Shown here: positions 15,690-27,775 of the stretch, piece by piece
Numbering within the stretch: position 1 is the stretch's first letter
Layout of the letters: every line of letters starts with the position of its first letter
DNA from: Amoebophrya sp. A120
Taxonomy: Eukaryota > Protista > Dinoflagellata
Assembly (NCBI GenBank): GCA_905178155.1
Contig: CAJINV010000003.1
Span: forward strand, 8,313,117-8,377,116
DNA: 64,000 bases
Direction: 5' to 3'
Translations under genes and position numbers: made by a program
The notes under the pieces: generated by a model
Databases searched by the model: none
What the model saw: the letters and a program-made list of their open reading frames with translations, nothing else
Told to the model about the DNA's origin: nothing

Positions 15690-18600
15690 ATGTTGTCAAA
15701 ATTGCTTTTCGCTGCTCCGCTTCTCGCGGCAGCGAAGGAAGTCATTGTGGGTACGAAAGACAACTTCGACGAATTGATTTCGACGAACACCGGAGGTAAG
15801 AGTTTTTGTCTTTTGATTTGTCTCCGACCAGCAAGTTCAGGTGCAGCAGCGGGTTCGTTATCGAACATACTACGAGCAAGATCAAAGGAATAAAGCAAGC
15901 TCATTTGTTGATGTTCCAATGCTCATCCATATCAACAACATCCCAGGTGTCCTGGTTGAGTTCTACGCGCCATGGTGCGGGCACTGTAAAAAGTTGGAGC
16001 CGGAGTACGCGAAGGCAGCAACGATGTTGGCAGACGAAGAGATTAAAGTGCCTCTCGTGAAGGTCGATGCCACCGTGGAGACCAAGCTCGCATCAGACCA
16101 CGGCGTGAACGGGTACCCCACCCTCAAGTGGTTTGTTGGTGGCAAGCCGAACGACTACGACGGTCCGCGCGACTCCGCGGGCATTGTGACCTGGATCAAG
16201 AGCATGACCGGGCCGGCGGTGGTCGAGGGGGAGCCGAAGGAAGACGACAAGCTCTCCGTCACGTGGTATGGTCCCGACATGGCTCTGTTCGAGGAGGTTG
16301 CCTCCGCCAACCGCAAGAAGGCCAGCTGGTGAGGACATTATTATAAATAGAAGGACTATAAGGGAAAAAATCACCACAACCTTCAGAAGAAAATTCTTCA
16401 GAAGAGCCCTCAGAAGAATGAAAAAATCTTCTGAAGGTTCAAAGATAGGCACTTCTGAAAAAAGAGAAAAATGAAACGGACGCAGGTGCTGTTTCAGAAC
16501 AAATGATTTGTTTTTTCAAACTGCAGAAGGTTTTGTCGATTTTGGACCTTCAGTAGGTGTTCAATAACCTTCAGAAGCTTTTTGATAAACAAAAGCTTCT
16601 GAAGGTTGTGACGCAGCTCATTTTTGACCTTCAAGAAGGTTTTGACCTTCTGAAGGTGAAATTGTGAAAACCTTCTGAAGGCTGAACAAAAAAACTGGCA
16701 TTTTTTTACAAAAAATATGCAAAAAGTGGCGCGTCATTTTTGGACCTTCAGAAGGTCAAAAAACCTTCCTGAAGGTCTTCTGAAGGTTGGCATTCTTCTG
16801 AAGGTGCGAAAACCTTCTGAAGGTTTTCTGCAGCTTGCAAACCCAAAGCGCGCTTTTTTCGACTAACGCGCCGCGTGGAAAGAGCGCGACTGGGCCTCGT
16901 TCGCGTTTAGATGCTTCGCGCACTGCTGTCGCGATTCCCGTCGCTCAAGAAGCGCCTGGCACTTTGACAAGAGAGCAAAGCTGCCCGCTTTTGTAAAAGC
17001 AAAAAGCGAGGCCTGGCTAGGTAGCGGACAACAGGCGAGCTCTTTCCTGGTTTCTTCCTGATCTGGCCGGGCCTCCGAAATAAAAAAAAGCCGCCAAAGC
17101 TGCCAACTATTGCAAAGCAAGAAGCGAGCTCGTTGCTTGTTTGTTAGTCGGGACCTCAGAGGCGAAGCCAAAAGCTGGCCGTCTTTGTCTTCTCCCGAAT
17201 TTGGCCACTTCGAGAGAAGCCAAACGCGGCCACTTTAATTATTAGTGCCGACAAAGTCGAGCGCGAAAAATTTTCAGGACGGACTGGCATTGAAATGGGG
17301 CCGACGCTGAAGAGTTTTTTTATTTTTTCCCACGCGGCGCGCGCCGCGTGGATTGGTTCTTATACATTGGCATCTGGAGTTCTTTGTCTTGAGTGCTGGA
17401 TCATGCTAGCTTGCTTCTTTCGTGATCCATGGCGCGGCCAGCGATCTTTTCTTGTGTAGTTCACTACTTATTTCTCATTCTCAGCAGTCTTCTGCGTCAT
17501 AACCGATTGATATAAAGTAAATCTAAATATGTACTTTTCTGCGTCAGTGGAGTACTGTGTTTTTTGATTTATTTCTCGCGATACTGGAAGCAACATATGA
17601 TCCTATTCATCTCGTGCAGGTATCACGTGAAAGCGGATGCCCCGAAGTTGGTCATCAAACACTTGGGCGAAGACGCGGTCGAGAGCACTCCGGCCACCAA
17701 GGAAGAGATTGAGAAGGCCTACAAGGATTCCAGCTTTCCGCTGTACGGCGGCCTTGACGGCGAGACCTTCGGAACGTACATGGAGCGTGGAAATGGTAAT
17801 AAAACTAAAATCACTATATATCTTTGGAGGTTGTAAGTGACCTGTACGTACTAGTTCTAGTCGAGGTTGCCTGCATCCCAGCAGAAGATTCTCGTGCCTT
17901 AGCGAAGCGAATTTTTTACTGTCTTCCATGAAAGAACAGAAGAAACACAACTACAGGCATGATCTGGACCCTGTTGCCGATGACAACCGATACCATGAAG
18001 TCCGTGGTCGAAGAGTCCCGGGCCAAGATGACCAAAATCGCCAAGGAATTGGGCTCCGACTTCTCTGTCACGTGGACCAATACCGACGAATTCGGCAAGG
18101 TCTTGGAGTCCATGTTTGGCGTGACGGAATTCCCGAAGGTTGTCGTTCAGCTGAAGGTACAGTACTATGGAAAGAGATAAAGTCATCTTTGCTTTTATGC
18201 AATACAAATTTCCCGTACATGTACAAGATGCATCACAAACCTCACCAACTTGGGGTGTAAAGCTTGTCATGCTAAACTAGGATCGAAGCCAAGTTTTGTC
18301 TTGCAGAGACCGCATAATTTGTGCGTGTGCAGGAAATCTGCTGTGGACAGCTTTTCGTTGTTTCAAGTCGTCGCTCGTGCGTGCCACATGCCGCAGCGTC
18401 TAGAAGGAGAAACCCGAGGACTCCGCTTGTTCTGTCCCTGCTAGTACTTCTAGGGCGCAGGAGGCGAAGAAGAAAGTTGTATTAGGTGTAGTTCCTCTGC
18501 CTAGTTCGTCGTCAAGTTGGTGTTTTTTTTTCGATGAAAAAAAATAAGTGAGCCGAAAAAAACTCCTCTGTCATCTCACTCAAAACAGACCGGCGACAAG

Positions 18601-19462
18601 AAGAACTTCATTTATGACGGCGAAATGACCGAGGACGCTATCCTGGACTACATCAAGAAGGTCAAGGCTGGTGAGGTGGAGCCGCACCTGAAGTCCGAGG
18701 AAGTCCCGGCAGAGCCCCAGGAGGAGCCAGTGAAGGTCATCGTCGGAAAGAGCCTTCAGAAGATGGTACAGCTGCCCACTAGTCGTGTGTCTGGCTTGAA
18801 TTCTTTTCTTAGCTTATTGCTGTTTTTGGACGACGATCCGATCTTTGGAACTAAGAGGCATTAACTGGTGGTCGTAAGAAGTTTATTCTTGTTCTTGCCT
18901 CTAGAAGCTTGGTTCATTCTCGACACGACTCCTCATGATCTTCTCCCGCTACGTTCAATCGTCGCGCAATGTCTAGAAGCAGTTGTGCGAAAGACATCCG
19001 CATGATTGGCCACGATCTAGGAAATTTGTTGGGTGAGAACCTCCCGGAATTTGAATTCCAATACACGGATCATACACACAGGTGTTCACCGAGGAGAAGG
19101 ACGTGCTGCTCGAGATCTACGCCCCGTGGTGCGGTCACTGCAAGAAGCTGGAGCCGGAGTACACCAAGGTCGCGAAGAAGGTAAAGAAGGAGGGCTTCGA
19201 GGACATCTTGACCATCGCGAAGATGGACGGCACGCAGAACGACTCCCCGGTGGAGTCCATCTCCTGGTCCGGCTTCCCCACCATCTACTACGTGAAGGCC
19301 GGCGCCTCCGAGCCCACCAAGTACGACGGGGCCCGCGACGCCAAGGGCATCTGGAAGTGGATCAAGAAGAACCACTCCAAGGCGGACCTTATCAAGGAGA
19401 AGCTGGCCGCCAAGTCCTCCAAGGACGAGGAAAAGAAGGAAGACAAGAAGGAGGAGCTGTAA
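15690..19462 (+). CDS. PDI: Protein disulfide isomerase (a-b-b'-a'), ER-resident
   Basis: Signal peptide, two APWCGHCK sites, C-terminal KEEL. Exons 15690-15795, 15947-16328, 17620-17795, 17957-18156, 18589-18765, 19082-19462; all five introns are GT-AG and in phase. Confidence 0.97.
16378..16830. repeat. Cluster of palindromic (AA)CCTTC(A/T)GAAGG(TT) motifs in PDI intron 2
   Basis: Roughly 15 perfect or degenerate copies with irregular spacing inside the 1291-bp intron. Confidence 0.85.
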
Positions 19463-20615
19463 GCAAGCAGCAGTTTGTTGTTCACGACAGCAACTTTTTT
19501 CGGACCCGTCATCAAGGAAAGAAGTCGCTCCATTTTCAGCGTACCGCTCACCTTCGGCGCGAGCAGCACATCAGAGGGTCTACAACTTTGATGGCCGCGC
19601 TTCTGGCCTTGCTCTTCTTGAGGTCACGAAGCACAAACTTTATGAGTACTTTGACGTCGCAAGAGGAGGACACAGCGACATACTGTAGTGGAGGAGACGG
19701 ATGATCCCTGGCACTTTTCTTTCCAGCGTCAGGAGCAGTGGACACGAAAAATGTACTCAGAAAAATGTACCTTAGAAGCGTTGTCATATTTATCACCGTG
19801 ATACTATTGTCCTTTACAATTTTTCATCTACTTCTGTATATCAGTCTTCACATACATTTCCTATAGTTTTCTATTGTTCAAGTCCTCCGTTGGACACGAA
19901 TACGCATTTGTGGTTCGTTTTCTCCTTTTTCGCAACATGGAGCCCCTAATGTCTGCAAGAAGTTGTAAAAGTGCTCCACCTATTCGGACGTGCGTAAGTA
20001 TCAATGTGGCGCTACTAAATTGAGCACAAGCGCACATGCCGCAAATCATGAAATGGCCCCGAGACGACCTGATTTGTGGTTGATGATGTGGCCGAGCCTC
20101 GGACTGGAAGAATGAGCCACACGTTGAGAAGGCTCAACATCTCTTGATGTGGTGCGTCGTAAATTTTACAGCTTCTTGGCCTTGTATTCTGCTCCTTTCC
20201 TAGAAAGCAAGGTTAACCCAGCAGGCCACAAACACCCTAATCGAAGAGCATCGCTCCTGTACCGTCCAGACTGTGGTTTAATTTTTTGGGTCTCGAGGGC
20301 CGCACAGGCGAAAAGCAAGAGGAGTCTTACTTTGCAAAGGTAACTACTTGCCTCCTCAAATAATCTCGTCGAAGCTAGATACATGTTCCCACTGTCCGAG
20401 TCTGATATGTCACTTGTTACGCCGCAGTCTGTCTTTGAATGGGAAGATTGAGTGGCGTTCTCAGACGAGAGAGTGGTGCGAAGCGCTGCATGTATTGAAT
20501 CGCCGCGAACGGCTCACGCAGTTCGCTGAAGCCGTAAAGCAGAAGAGAGACGAGCATGTTTGCGTCTTGCGCGAGTGATTCCATAAAGTTTTTTCGTAGG
20601 TCCATCAATCATTGA

Positions 20616-21348
20616 GTGGTACATGAGTCACCATTAATAACAGCCGCAAAGTACATAGCGTTCTCGCGCCTGATGCTAGAAAGATCATCATCATCCCAAT
20701 CAGTTTGTCGTGGCAGTGTATCGGTATCGCTACTTGCGTTTTCCTTCCTACGTTGGACTCTTTCCCGGAGAAACCGAAAGAATGCTCGGCGCGTCCAGAA
20801 GTTCGTCTTCGTCCTTCCTGATCAAGAAGCCAGGCAGCGACGAAGTGATTACTGCCGAGCTGTATCAAAAGTAAAAATATCTGGGTCTGGAAGAATGCAA
20901 GATTTGTCATGCATATTTCTCATGACCCATGATGCCTGTGGCTGTGCTGCATGCCCTAGCATCACAATTTTTTTGAGGGATTCTTGATGCCCATTCCGCA
21001 TGACAAATGCCCTCTTCGCGTAGCAAAAATTAGACCCTGTTTGCTGCTCATGCAACACAATTTTTTTAGTCATCGAAACGCAGCATCACAAGTTGCATTC
21101 TTCCAGACCCAGACATTTTTGCATTTGATGAGCTGAAAGACAAGTTGATACTATGACAGAAACACCCCCCCCAGCGAACCGACGTCGACTCTCGTGCCCG
21201 CCGGGGGACAACCAGGATTGTCCTAGTAAAGAGATGCGTGGCGTGTTTCGGAGATGAGAAAACAGGCTCAATAAAGGGATACGCAGGGAGGTATATGCAT
21301 GCGTGCAGCAACACTGTATTTTTGCCTGGTTCCATCATTAAGGTATAG
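20616..21348 (+). CDS. Hypothetical protein (partial model)
   Basis: ORF 20616 continues in frame (DYCRA|ERQVDTMTE...) after introner 20863-21130 is removed. No recognisable domain; boundaries uncertain. Confidence 0.35.
20863..21130 (+). mobile_element. Introner, family A
   Basis: TIR TATCAAAAGTAAAAATATCTGGGTCTGGAAGAATGCAA / TTGCATTCTTCCAGACCCAGACATTTTTGCATTTGATG. TSD AGCTG at 20858-20862 and 21131-21135. Confidence 0.92.
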
Positions 21349-21574
21349 GTAACATTTTAGGTCTGCGCAGCACCTCAGAAGCTTTGTTTTCGCCGATTTG
21401 TAGCTACTAAGATAGAAGGACGGAACTATTAGCGCAGATATGCAGTCGCCTAATGCGATGTTGAGATAGATTCGCGCACGTATGCTGCAGAAGCACCAAG
21501 ACATCAGCGGCGAGAGTGCGGTTTAATAATCGAGGGTTTGAGTTGCATAGCGAAATGACAAGCTAGCTCTGGAG

Positions 21575-23331
21575 ATGGAGGACGATGACTACGATGACGG
21601 CCTTGATTTTCTGCTGAAATCAAAGAAAAAATCGATCAAGGAGATATGGCTTGCTCATATGTTGCAATCTCAAGCGTTGCAATAGAGTCTGGAATTTGTC
21701 CTGCATCGGCAGTATGAGTACCATACCGAGACTTGGGCTTTTCGCAGTGCAAATTTAGCCAGAATCGCATGGGATTTGGAGCTCGTTGCAGATCGTGCAA
21801 CGCGACAGCTTCCAGACTCTATTGTAACGTTTTACGTTGTAACCTCTGAGCGGGTTATAGGCGAAATTCATGAAGGAGAAGGAACAGAAGAATGAGAAGA
21901 CGAAGAAAGACAAAAAGGGGAAGCATGGTACATTATTGGATGCCTGCCGCGTGCGAGTAGTTGGTTTCACTAATAGTAATATCAGTTTTGAAGATCAGTA
22001 CTAAACAGGAGAGACCATTATACGGCAGAGCTCCGTGATGGAGCTTTGTGTTTAAAAATGTTGAGGTGACTGATCAGGGCGACGCCACAGTTCTTGTATA
22101 GATGTTGAGTTGACTCACGAAATGAGTGAACACGCCTACGCCACCATCAATCCTTAAAAAGCAAAAACGCGGGCTGACCGAGCGGGGCTGATATTTCCGG
22201 TGGGACGGATACACACCCTGCTGAAGAACAAGGTTCCGGCTCAAGCACGGGTCGGAGGAACTGCGGCAGTGTTTTATCAATGTGAGTAAATATCCCTCCG
22301 CCATACTGCGACCTGATCTGTGTGGCACGATATCCGCACATCTCAGCTAAAGCTTAAGCCTCTTGACGGAGGCATCAATGCCTAGCTGCTTGACATAAGA
22401 ACAGGAGCGTTTTCATCTGTTGATTGAACAATCTTAGAGACCAGCCATATTCATATAGCGCCCTCGCTACCATTTTTTTTGTGTGCGCAAATCACATCAA
22501 TCAGCAACACAAATTTATTGCTCTTTGAGTATGGGGCGAGGGGACTTTTCCTCACAATATGTTTCAGGCCGCTGTCATGGAATATATGATGGCGGAATTG
22601 CTGGAGCTCTCTGGTAAGTTTTATCGCGGCCGGACTTGTCGTTGTCGCTTACTTATACTTGGTTTTGATCGCAAAGTCTTCGCCGCCACCACAACGATAG
22701 TACTGAAGTAGAAGGCCTCAAATTTTCAGAATCCTCTTCATAATGTGAAATAACAAGAAGGCACAAAAGTCGACCATGCCAAAATGTTGAACTCGATACA
22801 CATACATCTCCCTTATATGTCACACCAGGCAACCATGCGAAACAAGCCAAGAAGAAGGACCGAGCACGCATTACGCCACAATTTCTGACTAAGGCCATCA
22901 AAACCGACAAGGAGTTTGACGAGTACTAGGATCTCTTACAACTAATTTTATTTTGCGAATTCTCCTCGTCCTCCTTGCATGATGTTGAAGGAAACACCAA
23001 CTTCATAGTGAATCCAGGAGCCGAATCTTCACTATGTATGAAAGACTAAATCAGATTGCTGTCTCGCGCTATGCTTTCCGGAGGAGGCGTGATCCCGAAA
23101 TCTGACAAAGATCTGAAGGACATCTACGGCGGGAAGAAGGGTGCTGCGGGTGCCAAATCAGGAATGAAAATGCCAGCGTCTGAGGAAAACAGTAAGGCGA
23201 TGGGGGGCACCTTCCTGCCAGGGGCGCCCGCGGAACTCCCCGGTGGCGCAGTCGCGGGGGTAGACATGCTCGGCAGCGTGACCACAATTGGAGGCGTAGC
23301 TTCTGTGGGGCAGATGGGACCGGTTTCTTGA
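21575..23331 (+). CDS. H2A: Divergent histone H2A with long N- and C-terminal extensions; six exons
   Basis: Spliced translation reads [92 protein letters not shown]. Exons about 21575-21644, 21865-21927, 22162-22274, 22565-22613, 22829-22922, 23055-23331. Three GT-AG introns and two introners; the first exon is less certain. Confidence 0.9.
21645..21859 (+). mobile_element. Introner in the H2A N-terminal tail
   Basis: TATGGCTTGCTCATATGTTGCAA pairs with TTGTAACCTCTGAGCGGGTTATA. TSD GGAGA/GGCGA. Removing 220 nt is in frame. Confidence 0.75.
22275..22559 (+). mobile_element. Introner, family B, inside the H2A histone fold
   Basis: TATCAATGTGAGTAAATATCCCTCCGCCATACT / AGTATGGGGCGAGGGGACTTTTCCTCACAATA. 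TSD TGTTT at 22270-22274 and 22560-22564. Removal restores [11 protein letters not shown]. Confidence 0.9.
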
Positions 23332-24258
23332 GCAGGGGCTGCTCGGTGGTGCAGCGGTGCAGGAGAAAAAAGCGAACAGGAGTTGCTTATTACGATTTTG
23401 TCGTACATCGACATGCACGGATACATCATGCATCGCTCTGCGACTTCGAATTCCGTGCGAGTCTAAGGGTACGTGATGAATCCTCAGCGTAGAAGATGTA
23501 GCAGGTCAATACCATTTTGCTTTTTACTTATTTTTGTAGAGCTGTTTCTTTTATTACTTCTTTGTGGCTCATTTAAGATACTCGCCTTTTTTGCGACTTT
23601 TCTAATTGGAGAATGTGTTGTAGTAGAACAGTTTGTCTACAGTCAGAAAGATGAGTAAAGATACTCGGGGGTGGAATTTTGGTATGTATTGCATCTTTGA
23701 TTATGTGGACCACGACCTGGGGCTGGGCGAGGAGCTGGAGCGGTACAGAAAAAGAAGGCGTGTTTTCCTAGTTCACGCTATCATTATCAACCCACGCAAT
23801 GCTGGTTGCGGGGGAAAAAATGATCAGAGTTGACTGAAAACAGACAGCAAATATCTGTATACGTTTTCTTTCTGGATCTGGACGGAGATGAAAGTGGTTC
23901 CTGAGCCGTTTGGTGAGGGTGAGCCCTCTCGAGCAGGCATGGTAAGAGTGGCCCCGGGCTCTTCGGGCGATTAATGTTGCTGCTCCGCGTAGGTTTCGAG
24001 CCTAGCATTGAGTCCTTTGTTAACTACTAATTTATCGGAGGTAACTACGCGGTCGCGTTGCATGCTTGATCAATATGAAGCAATTTGGGGGAGCGCTAAC
24101 TGAGTCCTTTAGTCACAGCCCCCCGGTCTGAACATCTTCATGTATTTATTACTACTTCGTTCTAAAATATTTATACGTATACCTTCGTGCTGACAGAGAC
24201 TCGTGGCAATGGGAAATAAATGAATTTTGCGCAGATGACCAGCAGTATATAAGAGATC

Positions 24259-26928
24259 ATGGCAGTGAATCCAGGAGGGAAAAGTCCTTACATGGACCCT
24301 GTGCGTCTGTTGGCTCGTGACTACCTCAGGCTCTTCCGGACAAAGTATCGCGATCATGCGCGGCCTGGTGTGGTGTTTCGTCTACCGTGGGCAAGGTTTC
24401 TTCCCCCAATCATTTTTCGTGACTACAGACTGGTTGCCGAACTGTGTTGCCGCGGACCGCTGTATGCAGTAAAGCAGTTCCTCTTCCGCTCGAAGTTGTT
24501 CGGGCTGGTTGCGCAGCTCGTCCTGCTGATTCTGCTGGCCTTTCCCCGCGAAATATTGCAACTAGTGTTGCCTTATCAAATGCAAATACTTGTAATATGT
24601 CTGGGTCGGGAACCATAGCGACCCTCTTCGTTGGTCATGCATCGTTCTGCGCATCATGAAGCAATGGTCCTCGTCGAAAGCATGACAGGTTTGGAAGAAG
24701 CTTCGCGATGCCTGCTAGCCCGCATGAGAAACTCGCTTTTTACATGGCAGTAAAGAAATGGGATGGAGCTATTCCTGGGGCTCATGCACTAGAAGAGCTT
24801 GACCTAAACCTAATGTTCCCGAGATCGTGCACCATCAAGGCATCGGTCGCAAAGTGGATGATGCATTTGTGGGCTGAGGTGTAAAAAAATTGCCGGCGGT
24901 CACGCAATTATACTGATTCTGATTTTGCTTTTCCTTTTTGTGTGATCCGGACGGGACTCAGCACCACAGCTTTGCAAAGCATTCTTCCAGGCCTAGACGA
25001 CCTATTTGCGAAAATGCATATGCCGTTGGTGGAACAGACTCTGCAGTCGCACGTCTCAGCGTACTTACAGCAGTGGGTGCAGTCTTCCCCTTGGACCTCC
25101 AACGCTGTGGCACGGTTTGCGGGCAACCTGGGCTTTCGTGTCTTTCACCGCATGAAAAACTTCGTGGAGCGCAGCGCCGACTCACTCGACGAGCGATTGG
25201 GGCGTTCGAAATATTTTGCAAGTGACCTGGTCGTATCAAATTCAAATGTAAAAATGTCTGGGTCTGGAAGAGCCATGCTGCTTTTGCACGACACAGAAGG
25301 TCTGGCATGGAAGCTTTAGCATCACAGGTTTCGAGAAGCTTCCGCAATGCCGAATCCGCATGACAAATGCCCCATTTTGGTGACAGAAAGCGGGCAGCTT
25401 TTTCTGCCTATGCATGAGAGATTTTTATGTGTTGTGAAATGCGCATCACAGGTTGCATTCTTCCAGACCCAGACATTTTTTCATTTGATAGGTCGCGCGG
25501 GTGTTTCATGTGGACGACGACGCAGCGGATACCGCAAATTTTTTTCTGCACAACCTCCACTGGATTTGTGCGTCGACCTCCGCGGTCGCGCTGCTGGCTT
25601 GCGACGCGGTCTACAACACGTTTTTTTTTGCATATTGTGACCGCGACCTTTCGACTTTTCTGCGTGAGACTCTGCTCTCGCTGGCCGTGGTGTGTGGAGG
25701 AGGCGGTACGTTCGTTGTCAGAAAGCTCTTGGCGCTGTTCGTGTCGCACCTGCCCGCAGGCAGCACATCTTCACGACGACCAGAGGAGCGGACAGCGACA
25801 AGTGTCGGAGGAGCTGTAGTTGAAGAGGACAAGGCACAGCCTCGCTTGTTGGTGGAGGTGGAACAACCAGGAACCGATCATGCGCGAAAAGTAGAACCAG
25901 CAGAGATGAACAAAATAGCATCGGCGACATCGTCAAAGCGCCCGCCGGGGGGCGAGAGCGGTACCACTGCCACCAGCAGCAGCTCTTCGGAAAATTATAA
26001 ACAGCTAGAACAACCGAAAGGCCAAGTAGAAGATGCCTGGCGCGCCGCGAAGAGCAGCGCAACAGCGACGCGGCTCCAGCAGTCTACGTTGTTCACGACG
26101 ACACATCAGCAAGACGAGCAGCTGGCTTGGCATGCCAAGACATCGCGGCGCAGGAAGGCTACATTGAAAGACTTCGAACCTGACGAAGCGGAACCAGATG
26201 CGGAGGGGACCGAAGAAAAAGAGCAGTCCCCGGCGTCGTCTAGCTCTTTTGTTGACGTGATGGAGCCTATTGATCTGTTCCAAGTCGGCCTGACTGTACT
26301 GAGCACGTGTGTGGGAGGCTTGATCGGGCTGGAAGCCGGAGAGCGGTGCTTCGACGGCGTCTTTGGCGACCGGCAGCAGCAGCGCGAAGCGAAAGATTAT
26401 CGCCTGCTTGGGCTGCCAGGGGGCAGGTGTCACGCCACGACCGCGGAAATACTCAGTCAGTACGTGAAGGAAAGTGAAAAAGTTGTCTCGCTGGACGAGT
26501 ACGTGAGGGAAAGTGAGAAAAGCTTGTCCACCTCCGGTGGTAGATCCTCGCCAAGAGCTTCGAGCAGCGACACGACGGATGAAGGTGGTGCGCAAGCCAC
26601 AGGTGGTAGTTTAAGTTCTGGGGAGAAAGAAGTCATCGAAGATTGTGTGTCTACTGCAGCGACAACGACCTCGTCTTCAACTTCATCGTGGGTACGGGAG
26701 TTCGACGACAGTGGGCCATCCTCCGGCTGCTCGGGATGCCAGGTGGCGGCCCGCCTTCGGTTTATTGACCTCAGTTCTGCAATGGAGCGAATCGGTGCGG
26801 AGCGTGGATTGTTTCTCGAGGGTGCCGACGTCCTCCCGTTTACGATACCGGAGGGTGGAAGAGCGGGCAGATCAGGAGCCCCCGGTGCTGGTCTAGCTAA
26901 GGAACGCATGATACTTTCGAAACTCTGA
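24259..26928 (+). CDS. Hypothetical protein with hydrophobic segments; three exons
   Basis: ORFs 24259, 24942 and 25501 join in frame after two family A introners are removed (LVLP|FCVIR and SDLV|ARVFH). The 5' end may extend upstream. Confidence 0.65.
24574..24930 (+). mobile_element. Degenerate introner, family A
   Basis: Left end TATCAAATGCAAATACTTGTAATATGTCTGGGTCGGGAA; right TIR eroded. TSD TGCCT/TTCCT. Removing 362 nt is in frame. Confidence 0.65.
25234..25490 (+). mobile_element. Introner, family A
   Basis: TIR AAATGTAAAAATGTCTGGGTCTGGAAGA / TCTTCCAGACCCAGACATTTTTTCATTTGATA. TSD GGTCG at 25229-25233 and 25491-25495. Removing 262 nt is in frame. Confidence 0.93.
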
Positions 26929-27775
26929 AGCGGACAATCAATGAGATTCCAAACGAGTATGATCATGTCGTGCCGCACGCAGCGGCGGGGGCGTCGTGCC
27001 TGCTAATTGCACATCGCCCACCTGCAGCGGCTTGTTCGTCCACGTGCAACCGTGTTTCTAACTCTCGGTAGGATCAGTACCTCATCATCAGATCATTTTT
27101 ATTTCGCGAAACGTGGACGACACCGGAACCGGATGCGGATCTCCTCTTCAAAATTCAACGACGAGTGTCGCCATGGCGAACTGAACCATGATCACCGTGA
27201 GATTTGTATTAAAAAAGAAGAAGTAGAACAAGCAAAGCGGATTCATTGCATTTCTCGGTCTCGTCGTGCGTGGATGCGTCTACATACTGTGGATGTACTA
27301 TCTTTCAGTAATGTATTAATGTCGGTTTTGCGATTGCGTTGGATCATCTTCATCGTCATCGATGGAGCTTGCCAAAGTTCGCAGTAGGATATTAAGCGAA
27401 TGAAAAGGAGAACTCCAAACGATCATCCTTATTTTATGAAAAGGTAAAGGAGAACTCCTATTTTAGATCTCAATCTCTCTCTACCTGCAAGAGGCGAACG
27501 CATCAGGGTAGGTACTCAAACAAGGTCGTGAAGTTCGGTACGTCAAGCAGCAAAGCGAGGATATTATCAACCATGATACACAAACTACTTTTTTTGATAG
27601 AATACAAACATGGATTGCGAAAGCATAGTTTATTACAGCAAGAAAAAATAGACGGGACAATGAGACCACAAGTTTCAGAAAAGCTGAATGAATTTCCGGG
27701 TGAACACGAAGCGCAGGAATAATTCTCCCACATCTGGTATTTGCTTCCACCTGAGAATATTATTGGTGTAGAAGG

